Shown here piece by piece: positions 29,301-37,563 of a stretch of DNA of 64,000 bases. Origin of the DNA: an uncultured Christensenella sp. (GTDB lineage Bacteria > Bacillota > Clostridia > Christensenellales > UBA3700); the NCBI GenBank assembly GCA_910584635.1, contig CAJUBA010000003.1, positions 10,855 through 74,854 of the forward strand, read 5' to 3'. The notes under the pieces are model-generated. The model saw only the letters and a program-made list of their open reading frames with translations. It did no database searches and had not been told where the DNA came from. How positions within the stretch are numbered: the stretch's first letter is position 1; the number at the start of each line of letters is the position of its first letter. Position numbers and translations under genes: made by a program.

Positions 29301-30147
29301 GATTTTCGTCAGAAATCATCGTAAGGAAATTCTTAACCATATCGGAATTTACGATTTCCCATATATGAGAAATATCGATAGTTATTTCATATACTCCGTC
29401 GTTGCATACGATATCGTCTGCGTCGCGGAAAAGTATTACCGGCAAAAGATCGATTAAACCGCTCAAATCCGCGCCTGCGGTAGCCTGCGGAGCGTTGACG
29501 CTTGTCAAGATAGAAGTCAAATCGCTGTTTTTAATCTTAAAGATTTGATCTCCTACTTCCAAATACATAGTATTATCTTGATAGTACAATCCGATGTTAT
29601 TGCCGTCAGCCGAAACTATAGCGTGGAAAAGCGTAGAATTGTTTTGAGTTTGGCTCAAATCAATGTTACCCATTACGTCGATTGCGTAAGAAGTGGTTTT
29701 TCCGCTGTTCTTGACGCTTGCCGCCGCTTGAATATTGACTTTGAATTTCTCCTTACCTTCGAGCGCGAACGCTTTGCTCATGCCGTCGGTAAAGTCCTCC
29801 CATAGTTCAAAAGTAGATTTTGCGGGCGCGTCAACTATTTTGAGAGTAATTTTCTTAGACGTCGCTTTATAATTTTCCGTTTCGTCTGCAGAAACCGTTA
29901 TCTCGTATTCGCCCTTGTCGGCATATCCCTGAGCGGGATCGTATTTTAATTGAGTTTCATCGTGATTGAGCGAAGCGACTACATTATGTACTTGACCGTC
30001 GTAAATGTATGTCTGCTCGGTTTGCGCTATGATATAAGCGTCGCTTTTTTCAGGTTCGGGATCTTTACAACTTACCATAAAGATACTCGTCGACAAAACG
30101 ACCAACACCAACAACGCGCACAACCACGCCAGTTTGTTACGTTTCAT
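26338..30147 (-). CDS. Giant surface lipoprotein (1269 aa), paralog of 30451-33498 and 3651-5846
   Basis: Signal peptide plus lipobox IFMVSC, with AAGGAGG before the ATG. It shares with its neighbour the block C..C..TSILDIAFDPANFGNGRLYVALN (versus AILDIAFSPQDFGSYNIYISVG). Confidence 0.8.
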   Translation of the reverse strand: MKRNKLAWLCALLVLVVLSTSIFMVSCKDPEPEKSDAYIIAQTEQTYIYDGQVHNVVASLNHDETQLKYDPAQGYADKGEYEITVSADETENYKATSKKITLKIVDAPAKSTFELWEDFTDGMSKAFALEGKEKFKVNIQAAASVKNSGKTTSYAIDVMGNIDLSQTQNNSTLFHAIVSADGNNIGLYYQDNTMYLEVGDQIFKIKNSDLTSILTSVNAPQATAGADLSGLIDLLPVILFRDADDIVCNDGVYEITIDISHIWEIVNSDMVKNFLTMISDENLEILGEFFEQNEMQFKFAVDLSDSDNAFANITVNDGNASLGAFEIAGGSYDYVSGKLDEDKIQSASEINLANISVTGNIDLLDRTGKDYEHLTYKLVADIDPFALVNAIKSNPNNWMNDEAVKKMKLYFSIYHEHTPGEQGVICTDAMCPTRKGGQTDTSILDIAFDPANFGNGRLYVALNLSRIVSETSLKKTVAEAASVSEIIAGIALNLLGGPANIASQNFMTSIDLGLLIDGFAGDGSDEPSAPEDPFEFDINTMLDPILSIITKCLSVGDSGITLNLNETYALLNSAFDLDQYLNINLAELTGMSALSSFKNITTSTVAKGIFDGLLSPDKVSDEKNLFGSMRIGVNSVELGTASDFNCAEAIMNLPTDSNVARDFGGHKPLSIEDANKQVVGDITNLKGDEIIYSGSSELRLTEGELNKLIGKRIQYSYTAFDNNVYTAHTQIVDIIDYDPTKIGEMQTIKVAVLPLDGQGGLFSGFLFDKVFTGTVGGALANTVIPLAADVLELDVKLMKVVSIEELIVDNECPETFELAPIELNSDAKIDMSQYMSGKIKVTYQDDSKGEISIVATSDNLIDGVYLVNDGNEYSFVFKYLDFEVMKTVNVKTVSPSKPALVDGGDGAIKVEIYGAEQKAKLKLLLQNSSGSTTYIQENQYRATVNGQLISDIDLSSDGAKSFEISKSFEDYKIEFDRTTFTKDSSASYLWLYLYGENDEVLSKVKLSNSTKDTVKFLMEHGEFGDLGKTSNVCANLDGKLTYYYWNADDDKYADARTLVLTFIDGKYYMVDSVENPTVKIQATVTASKKGDSTKTNILSDDYTIAWDVLKAMSYDSAKKGTQVPSIDVTVKFTLNEEEKSISKTNVSLSAAKPYELGSVSADVIVGKTFDGMAKYTITTQSGEKHVMELAYKDGKYVLTDTFAGQKFEDIEVSVVAKSTATGNPEIALTDGAFTSEQVGEKVNLIVNFIYDGFEYSYKFGSSKTVKAAN

Positions 30148-30400
30148 AATTTGCCTCCTTGTGAGTTTTTATTTTATCTCACTATCATTTTGTGGAGGCA
30201 TACTGAATTCTAACTGAATTTTTGTTTATTTTCAAAAAAATTTTACAAATATTTTTTATTGATTGGGAAATTTCAGATATTTCGACTTCGCTTTCGCTAC
30301 GCTCAATATGACGGATAAATAAGCGAAAGTTTGTATTCCATACCGTCATCTGAGCCTAGTCGAAGACTCTAATCAAAATAAATATTTTATTTAGTCCGAC

Positions 30401-30437
30401 TAAAATAAAAGAGCAGCGCAGAATTTACATTTGCTCT
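30401..30437 (-). terminator. Weak terminator candidate after the 1015-aa lipoprotein gene
   Basis: AGAGCA..16-nt loop..TGCTCT followed (minus sense) by TTTTATTTT. The stem is only 6 bp. Confidence 0.3.
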
Positions 30438-30450
30438 GAAAATTTTAGAA

Positions 30451-33400
30451 TCATCGTAGCGCGTTCCGCGCTTGCACCTTTATCGAACAAGTTGAACTTC
30501 CAAGCGTAATTCTCATTTCATAATATCCGCTTTGGATAAAACTGACTTTTAATCTTAACGATATACTTTTATATATTGTAGGCGGAAGCGACACGGTGTA
30601 CGGCAACTCAATATTTTTATTATCCAACAATACGCTTTGTACTTGATAATAATTTTGAGGGTCGTCTACGAGTTTGTACGAAATTGAACCCAAAGAATTG
30701 ATATACCCTACCCTTATCTGCATATTCAATTGCAAATCGCGCCCTTCTTCGCCGTGGTACGTGTTGACAATCTCCGCGTCGAAATTATACACGTATCCTA
30801 CAAAGTAATCTGCCGACGGAACTGTCTTATTAACCAAAGCGTATTCGCTTTTGCTTACCTCTTGCGATTTTGGCGATATAAACAGAATTGTTTCCGCATA
30901 GAGTCCGTCGCACTCATACGAAAGAATATACTTCCCTTCACGTCTAAATACCACACTCGTTGAAGAAAGCGTAGGATTTATATAAAAATATTCGTTGGAT
31001 TGCGACAATGTATAGCCGTTAATCTTGGCGTTACTCAACGGCAGGCGCGCTTCGCTGACGCTTCCGTCCGCCATTATCCACTTCATAGTCGCTACGCGCA
31101 ATTCCGAATTATAGCCGTTTTCGTTTAATTCCAAATTCAGTTCGTCCAAACTAATATTCAGGCTTTTCTCTCTTGCCGGCGTAATCGACGCTTTCACTCC
31201 GCAATATCTTCCGAACAAATAGAAATTCATTACGATATCTTCTTCGCTTCCTACGTATTTATTACCGATATAATCGTAGACAAACATCTCGTCTGCGTTT
31301 GTCGCCGCTACGCTCCTATTCTTTACTTTTCCGTTTTTATATGAAATCTCCGCCCTTATTCTGTCAATCGACCTTGTGTCCGACGCCGATATTTTTTCGC
31401 CTTGCATAAATGCCACGTTTTCAGGACGTATGAACTTAACGGAATCGAGTTCGTCAATCCTTACGTAAGTCTTGACGGTCATACTCAGCCACTTACCCCA
31501 CTCTTGCGCTCTTATCGCTTCCCAAAGCATATTTTCTATATTCCCTCTTCCGACAGGTATGCAGTAAAGTTCTATCTCTTGCCATCCCGATTGCAAAACG
31601 TCAATTTCCGAATAACCAGTTATATAAAGTTCGCAATCAAACTTATCTCCGTAAATATCCTCAGCCTGCGCTTTTACATAAGAACCGATTATGTCTTGCG
31701 TTTCCGTCGCGCATATTGGCGTTTGAGCGTCAAACAGTACTCCGTTTTGATACAAATCGTTGTAAATGCCTACTACTGTTTTTTCTCCGTCGTCCGCGAT
31801 TATCTTTTCTCCTTTGTAATCATAGTTGAGCGCGGGAGTTTTGTTCATCAAACCCATAGTATACTGTTTAGTACCCTCTACGTCGTAACCGTAAAGATGT
31901 ATTGCGCTTCGTTTGACGTCATATCTCTGTACGCTCCATCTCAAATGAGTCTGCTCTAATTCCGCGGTATCCGCAAAGTAACCGTCGCCTTTGAAAATAC
32001 TCATGATTTTGCCGACGGTGTTTTCGTCGAGTCCTGCTATTTCAAGCATCCTATCTATCGGGAAAGAGAGCGACGAACCGTCGTATATCAACGACATCAG
32101 TATTTCTTCCAAAAACGTTCTTCCGCCCGAATCTTCCTCGCCGTCGCGTCCGCCCGAATAAGCGAAAGTCTGTCTTGACAAAGTATCTGCGGAAATTACC
32201 GCAAGAAGATATTCGGGAATCTGATTTCTTAAAATCCTTTCCAGCCCCGTCCACTGTGAAACAATTCTGCTACCCAAAAATGCTCGCGCTCCGACGCTGA
32301 TATAAATATTATAACTACCGAAATCTTGCGGAGAAAACGCTATATCCAATATTGCGCCTTTGGCTTTGTCATACTTATCGGCGCAAAATGCTCCGCAATC
32401 GGCGTCGCATTTATGAGATAGTCTGAAATGGAAAAAGTTGTCGCTTGCAAGCGCGTTGAAATCGCCTTGCGCCGCAAGCAAATCTAAAATGTCTACCTTC
32501 GCTTTGAATTCGTATTCGAACTGCATTACGCTCTTGCCGTCTGCGCTGTTTTTCAATTTAACAGTTCCGCCGCAAGTTACGTCGGTAAGTCTTCCGTTGA
32601 TATAAAGCGAATCGTCGGGTTGAAAACGCGATAAATCCAAAGAATCGTTTTCCACTCTGAACTTTGGGACGTTTACGTTAAGCGTACGCTCCGCGCCGTT
32701 TCTTGAATCGAAATATTTTAATTGCTCGCAATATATCCTATCTATTAAACCGTCTTTGAGATCTATGTTAATCTTACCTTTAAGAGAAGGAGTTTCCGAG
32801 AGCATATCTTCATAGTTCTCGACTTTTGATACGGTAAAGAATAACTTTTGCAATACTTCGGGCAGACCGAAGAACGCGTCTCTTGAAAACGTAGAGTCCA
32901 ATCCTTTTTTCAAATCAAAATCAAATGTAAACTTCGTTCCCTCTTTATCGTTAACGGTTGCGTCGGTAAAAAACACTTCCGCCATAGCCTCAAACAGCGC
33001 GCCGGGAGTGGTATAATCTACGCCGTCGCCGAGCAGTCCTACCGCCTGGATTACAGTGTAAATCAACGGCGCATGCTCAAACGATACTCTTTCATATTCG
33101 CCTGCGTCCTCGTTCCATAAACACCAATATAGCATCTCGTCCGAATTATAAACGTCGAGAAGTATCTTTTTCTCCTCGCCCCGTATTCGCGTTATTCGCA
33201 ACGCCCCCGCCTGTCCGGTTCTTTGTCCGACATTCAAATTCAAAGCGAGAGAACATTCGTACTTATCGCCCGAACTTTCTTCGACCGCCTCTAAATCTAA
33301 TTCAAACGCAATTTGTCTTTTAGTGGAAATATTTATATAATGTCTGTCAATCGCCGATGATATTTCGCCGATATAATCCTGCCACGGCTTCAGCGGCAAT

Positions 33401-33498
33401 TCCTCTTTATTTTTATACGAGCCGTCGCAAGCGCCAAAAACGGCGCAAGTAAGCAAAACAAGCAGCGCAATAAAAATAAGAAATCGTCTGCTTCGCAT
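30451..33498 (-). CDS. Giant surface lipoprotein (1015 aa), paralog family member; last gene translationally linked to the kinase
   Basis: Signal peptide plus lipobox AVFGAC. GGAGG lies inside the last codons of the kinase gene, 4 nt between stop and ATG. Confidence 0.8.
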   Translation of the reverse strand: MRSRRFLIFIALLVLLTCAVFGACDGSYKNKEELPLKPWQDYIGEISSAIDRHYINISTKRQIAFELDLEAVEESSGDKYECSLALNLNVGQRTGQAGALRITRIRGEEKKILLDVYNSDEMLYWCLWNEDAGEYERVSFEHAPLIYTVIQAVGLLGDGVDYTTPGALFEAMAEVFFTDATVNDKEGTKFTFDFDLKKGLDSTFSRDAFFGLPEVLQKLFFTVSKVENYEDMLSETPSLKGKINIDLKDGLIDRIYCEQLKYFDSRNGAERTLNVNVPKFRVENDSLDLSRFQPDDSLYINGRLTDVTCGGTVKLKNSADGKSVMQFEYEFKAKVDILDLLAAQGDFNALASDNFFHFRLSHKCDADCGAFCADKYDKAKGAILDIAFSPQDFGSYNIYISVGARAFLGSRIVSQWTGLERILRNQIPEYLLAVISADTLSRQTFAYSGGRDGEEDSGGRTFLEEILMSLIYDGSSLSFPIDRMLEIAGLDENTVGKIMSIFKGDGYFADTAELEQTHLRWSVQRYDVKRSAIHLYGYDVEGTKQYTMGLMNKTPALNYDYKGEKIIADDGEKTVVGIYNDLYQNGVLFDAQTPICATETQDIIGSYVKAQAEDIYGDKFDCELYITGYSEIDVLQSGWQEIELYCIPVGRGNIENMLWEAIRAQEWGKWLSMTVKTYVRIDELDSVKFIRPENVAFMQGEKISASDTRSIDRIRAEISYKNGKVKNRSVAATNADEMFVYDYIGNKYVGSEEDIVMNFYLFGRYCGVKASITPAREKSLNISLDELNLELNENGYNSELRVATMKWIMADGSVSEARLPLSNAKINGYTLSQSNEYFYINPTLSSTSVVFRREGKYILSYECDGLYAETILFISPKSQEVSKSEYALVNKTVPSADYFVGYVYNFDAEIVNTYHGEEGRDLQLNMQIRVGYINSLGSISYKLVDDPQNYYQVQSVLLDNKNIELPYTVSLPPTIYKSISLRLKVSFIQSGYYEMRITLGSSTCSIKVQARNALR

Positions 33499-33501
33499 AA
33501 A

Positions 33502-34737
33502 TTACCTCCGCTCTGGTAAAATAGCCGTAACCACTATGCCTTGCGGTATATTGTGAGTGGCGTAAATCTTTCCGCCTACTTCTTCTACAATAGTTTTGGC
33601 AATAGCAAGTCCCAATCCGCTGCCCTGCTGATTCTTGGCGTTTTCACTTCTGTAAAACCTGTCGAAAATCTTTTCCTCTTCTCCGTCGGCGATACCTATA
33701 CCCGTATCCGCTACGCTGAGCGCGTAAGCGTTGTCAATCTTCTTCAAAGATACTTTTATTTTATCTCCGTCGCGAGTATACTTGACGGCGTTTTCAAGAA
33801 GAATTATCAACAACTGCTTTAATTTTTCCCCATCCATATTTACCGAAGCGGAGCGAACGTTCGCCAACAGAGTACGGTTGGATTCTCCGATTATTTCGCT
33901 GTAAATTTCCAATACGTCGGACACTATCTCGCCCGCATCGGAGTTGTCCTTTTCCTTTTTAACGGAAGGCGTGGATACGCTTCTCATAAGATCCTGCGAC
34001 AGCGCGTTTATATGTTCGGCTTCCTGTATCGTATTTTCAAGAAGATCGCTTACCTGACTGACCGAGCAATCGGGCGACGCTAAAATATTTTCCATATTGC
34101 CGCGAATTACCGTAAGCGGAGTGCGTATCTCGTGAGTCATTTCATGAATGAAATCTTTTTGCTGTTTTATCGCTCGCACTACAGGACGTCCCATAAGAAA
34201 CGCAAAAGCCGTATATATGCCCATAATCAATATGAACGCCACGGGGAAAAACCATATAAAATTCCCCAAAGAATCATAAACTCTCAGCAAGTCGGCATTC
34301 ATAAGAAGTTTGATATATACGCCTTCGCTGTATACGAAAGTATAAGTTTTGTAAGAATAATCTCCTATTTTTTCGGTAATAGTCTTATCGAACGTATCGG
34401 GCAATTCCGTCTTATGTTCGGCAAGATAAGAATTGGCTGTATAATACCCCGCCGTGCTGTCCGCGCGACGACGGTATATAATAACGTCTATATTTTCTCT
34501 GTATAAGATAGCGTTGTTTTCTCCGCCGTCCTCTACCAGTTCTTCAACCGAAGAAATCGGAGTGTCTTTGAGCAATTCGGCGTATTTCTTCATTTCCTTT
34601 TGCGCGCTTACCGTTCCGCTGTTCATAGCCTGATACACAATACCTATGCCTAAAACGAGCAACACAGCAAAAGTAACGAGTCCCGCTATCCACGCTCTTT
34701 GTTGCCAACTTTTTGTGGTAATTATTTGCTTGCTCAT
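33502..34737 (-). CDS. Sensor histidine kinase (two TM segments, HisKA, HATPase_c)
   Basis: H-box HEMTHEIRTPLTVI, N-box LLENAVKYT, G-boxes DTGIGI and GSGLGLAI. Start set at the ATG at 34737 (MSKQIITTK), overlapping the regulator stop as TAATG. Confidence 0.88.
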   Translation of the reverse strand: MSKQIITTKSWQQRAWIAGLVTFAVLLVLGIGIVYQAMNSGTVSAQKEMKKYAELLKDTPISSVEELVEDGGENNAILYRENIDVIIYRRRADSTAGYYTANSYLAEHKTELPDTFDKTITEKIGDYSYKTYTFVYSEGVYIKLLMNADLLRVYDSLGNFIWFFPVAFILIMGIYTAFAFLMGRPVVRAIKQQKDFIHEMTHEIRTPLTVIRGNMENILASPDCSVSQVSDLLENTIQEAEHINALSQDLMRSVSTPSVKKEKDNSDAGEIVSDVLEIYSEIIGESNRTLLANVRSASVNMDGEKLKQLLIILLENAVKYTRDGDKIKVSLKKIDNAYALSVADTGIGIADGEEEKIFDRFYRSENAKNQQGSGLGLAIAKTIVEEVGGKIYATHNIPQGIVVTAILPERR

Positions 34738-35435
34738 TACTTCTCCTCCGACGGCTCCGAATTGAGATAATTTTCCGTCCAACGGTAACCTACCGTTTTT
34801 ATAGTCTGTAAACAATCGTTCATGCCTATCTCTGTCAAAATCTTGCGGAGTCTGTAAACGTATACTTCTATTACCGATTGAATAGTTTCGCTGTAAAATC
34901 CGCATACGCTGTCAAACAACTGCTGTTTGGTAACCGTGATTTCTTTATTCTTGACAAGCGTTTCCAATACGTCGTACATTTTACCGTTAATAGGCAAAGT
35001 CTTTTCTTTGAACTTGACCATTTTGCTTTTATAATCTATACTCAAATCGCCGAGTTTGTATCTCAACGCGCCGAAATCTCTGTGATACCTGCGCATTGTA
35101 GCCTGAACTCTCGCCAATAATTCCTCTCTCGAAAAGGGCTTGACCATATAATCGTCCGCGCCGAGATTGAGAAATTCTACTTTTCTTTCAAGCATGCCGA
35201 TAGCGGACAAAATGATTATCGGAGTAAGTTTATGTCTGCGCGCGCCGCGCAAAACCTCTTCGCCGTTCATTTTAGGCAACATAATATCCAAAATCACTAT
35301 GTCGTATTCTTCGGTAAGAATCTTGTTTAATCCGCTCTCCCCGTCGTATACCGCTTCCGTTTCGGCGATACTCCCGAGCATACGGCGCAGCGCGTCGGAC
35401 AACGGCTTGTCGTCCTCTATTATCAACGCTCTCAT
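34737..35435 (-). CDS. OmpR-family response regulator
   Basis: MRALIIEDDKPL..DIVILDIMLPKMNG..K (receiver Asp/Lys) and the winged-helix ..VYVYRLRKIL..IKTVGYRW. AAAGGAGAGGG precedes the ATG at 35435. Confidence 0.9.
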   Translation of the reverse strand: MRALIIEDDKPLSDALRRMLGSIAETEAVYDGESGLNKILTEEYDIVILDIMLPKMNGEEVLRGARRHKLTPIIILSAIGMLERKVEFLNLGADDYMVKPFSREELLARVQATMRRYHRDFGALRYKLGDLSIDYKSKMVKFKEKTLPINGKMYDVLETLVKNKEITVTKQQLFDSVCGFYSETIQSVIEVYVYRLRKILTEIGMNDCLQTIKTVGYRWTENYLNSEPSEEK

Positions 35436-35620
35436 TCCCTCTCCTTTGTTGCTTTTCGCTCCCAAATCGTGAATATAAATTTTATTATACTTTATTTATG
35501 CGCGCTCGTAACTATTTATATCAATAGTATATTTCAATTGTGCTATAATTAACATATATCGCATAAAATCAATATCGCGTCTTCCTATATCATATCAATT
35601 CAAGCATTAAAATTACGCTA

Positions 35621-35763
35621 GGTCAGTAAAGGTGTACATTTCTTGACCGTAATAATTTTCCCATATTTTACTATTTTTTACTATATTTCTACATAATAAG
35701 TATACAATAAAGACTTGTCGAATTCAAGATATTTAAGTCAGGAAATGTACACTTTTCTTGTAA
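35621..35763. promoter_or_regulatory. Candidate invertible promoter switch A (as assembled, the promoter faces the regulator/kinase/lipoprotein operon)
   Basis: Site a1 GGTCAGTAAA-GGTGTACA-TTTCTTGACC (35621-35648) and site a2 AGTCAGGAAA-TGTACACT-TTTCTTGTAA (35736-35763) are inverted relative to each other. They flank 87 bp containing a promoter. A homologous cassette lies at 44573-44715. Confidence 0.65.
35699..35727 (-). promoter_or_regulatory. Promoter TTGAAT-17-TATACT inside switch A, reading toward the response-regulator gene
   Basis: On the minus strand, TTGAAT (35727-35722), 17 nt, TATACT (35704-35699). Confidence 0.55.
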
Positions 35764-35819
35764 TTTTTCGCTATTTGTCGATTTTTTTTAACGTTTTTTT
35801 GATTTAGGCGACATTGCAT

Positions 35820-35850
35820 GGAAAAACGGGCAAGCCGCAGCCTGCCCGTT
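35820..35850 (-). terminator. Rho-independent terminator after the GH36 gene
   Basis: Minus sense AACGGGCA-ggctgcggct-TGCCCGTT followed by TTTTC. Confidence 0.75.
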
Positions 35851-35866
35851 AAATTTATTTCAATGT

Positions 35867-37534
35867 TTATGAAAGACTTTTATTTTCTCCGGTACGAACG
35901 TTGAATCGCATACTCTTACGCTCGCCGTTTTCCACGTACTGCGCGTCCATTATATCCTTTTGGCAGAATTGCGCGGACAGTATTTTAATGTCTTTGCTTT
36001 GGAAAGTCTCTTTCAATGCGGCTATCTGCGCGTCGTTATATCTGCTTACGTCGTCGGATATAAACAGTAGACTTCCGAACGTAGAATTTATTTTTGCAAG
36101 CATTTTTCTTTGCTCAAACGTCATACCGATATTATTGTCGCGAAGCAAGAATACGTCGGGATCGTTCATCCACGCTCTGCCGTCGAGGTGTCTTCTGAAT
36201 ATCGAATTGCATACTGCATGCGGAGTGGATACGTCCTCTCTCATGCAATATTTTCTGTTTTTCCATTGCAAATGAATATCCGCGCCGATACGGCAGTAAT
36301 CTACTTTTCCGAAAGCGGGCATAAGCGGAACTCCGCATCCCAATACCAACTTATCCTGACAGCATTCTCTTATAAGGTCCATAGCGTCGCACATAACTTC
36401 TCCGCGCGACTTTCCGTGTAGAGGCAAAACGCAAGCGCCGTAAAGAAAATCAAGTTTTACGAGATCGTATCCCCAATCGTTGAGTACCGTATCAAAAACG
36501 TGTTTGAGATGCTCTCTTACCTGCGGATTGTAAATATCCAACGAATAGAATCCGCCCCAGTTGGCGCCCGTATTATACGGTTTGCCGTTTTTATCTTTTA
36601 TAAACCAATCTTTGTGGTCGCGGAATATTTCCGAACGCGCCGTAGCCGCAAACGGAGCAAGCCACAGTCCCGCCAACATTCCGTTTTCATGAATACTGTC
36701 GGCAATGACTTTCATCCCGTTTGGGAATTTTACCTTATCAGTTTTCAACCAATCGCCGATAGCCTGCTGATAACCGTCGTCTATCTGGAAACAGTCGAAT
36801 TTTATATTCTGAGCGGTAATGCTTGCCAAATCTCTTTTTATTATATCCTCGCTAATACTCGAATAGTAATTGTACCAAGAAGTATATCCCACGCGTTTTT
36901 TATTTTCGCGGGAAACAACGTTCATCATCTTGAAATATTCGTCAAACGCTTCGTCGTACTCTCCGCTTACAAACGCGACTTCCATAACTTTTTTCTCACT
37001 CTCGAATACTACGCCTTCCAATTCTTTGGAAATCTTGACCACTCCTTCGTTGCAATCGAAAGTGATTACGGTATATCCAGTTCTTTCGCTGAGAGAACCG
37101 AAAATTTCCACGTTATCGCCTTTTCGAATATATCCGTAAGACCAGCCGTAAAACACGCCAGTTTTTCTGGGATATTTCCAAAACAGATAATCTCCCGATT
37201 TAGATACCCCGATTTTTCTTCCGCCGGGACTTTTGATTGAAATTTCCGTAAATCTAGTCAATTCGCTCATCTTTTCTTGAGAAGCGTATTCCATACTGTC
37301 CGTCCAACTTTGATAACCGTTTACAAACATTCTGTCGTCGCTGTCGTATTTATAAGGCGTTTTAACGTCGAAAGAGATAAACTCAATCTTTTCGTTTGGA
37401 CACACTGACATATTCAATACGTTGTTTTCAATCCCGTATTTCAATGTAAAATGCTCGCATTTATTCGCGTTGCAAAAGTAAGTCTTTCCGTTGGCTTTAT
37501 ATTTAATTTCAAAAGATAACGAATCCGCCGTCAT
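35867..37534 (-). CDS. GH36-like alpha-galactosidase family protein
   Basis: ..FDCFQIDDGYQQAIGDWL.. and ..YDLVKLDFLY.. ..GCGVP.. match the (beta/alpha)8 catalytic core motifs of GH36/GH27-clan enzymes. No signal peptide. Confidence 0.7.
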   Translation of the reverse strand: MTADSLSFEIKYKANGKTYFCNANKCEHFTLKYGIENNVLNMSVCPNEKIEFISFDVKTPYKYDSDDRMFVNGYQSWTDSMEYASQEKMSELTRFTEISIKSPGGRKIGVSKSGDYLFWKYPRKTGVFYGWSYGYIRKGDNVEIFGSLSERTGYTVITFDCNEGVVKISKELEGVVFESEKKVMEVAFVSGEYDEAFDEYFKMMNVVSRENKKRVGYTSWYNYYSSISEDIIKRDLASITAQNIKFDCFQIDDGYQQAIGDWLKTDKVKFPNGMKVIADSIHENGMLAGLWLAPFAATARSEIFRDHKDWFIKDKNGKPYNTGANWGGFYSLDIYNPQVREHLKHVFDTVLNDWGYDLVKLDFLYGACVLPLHGKSRGEVMCDAMDLIRECCQDKLVLGCGVPLMPAFGKVDYCRIGADIHLQWKNRKYCMREDVSTPHAVCNSIFRRHLDGRAWMNDPDVFLLRDNNIGMTFEQRKMLAKINSTFGSLLFISDDVSRYNDAQIAALKETFQSKDIKILSAQFCQKDIMDAQYVENGERKSMRFNVRTGENKSLS

Positions 37535-37563
37535 ATCCTTCTCCTTTCCTAATATATATTTTG

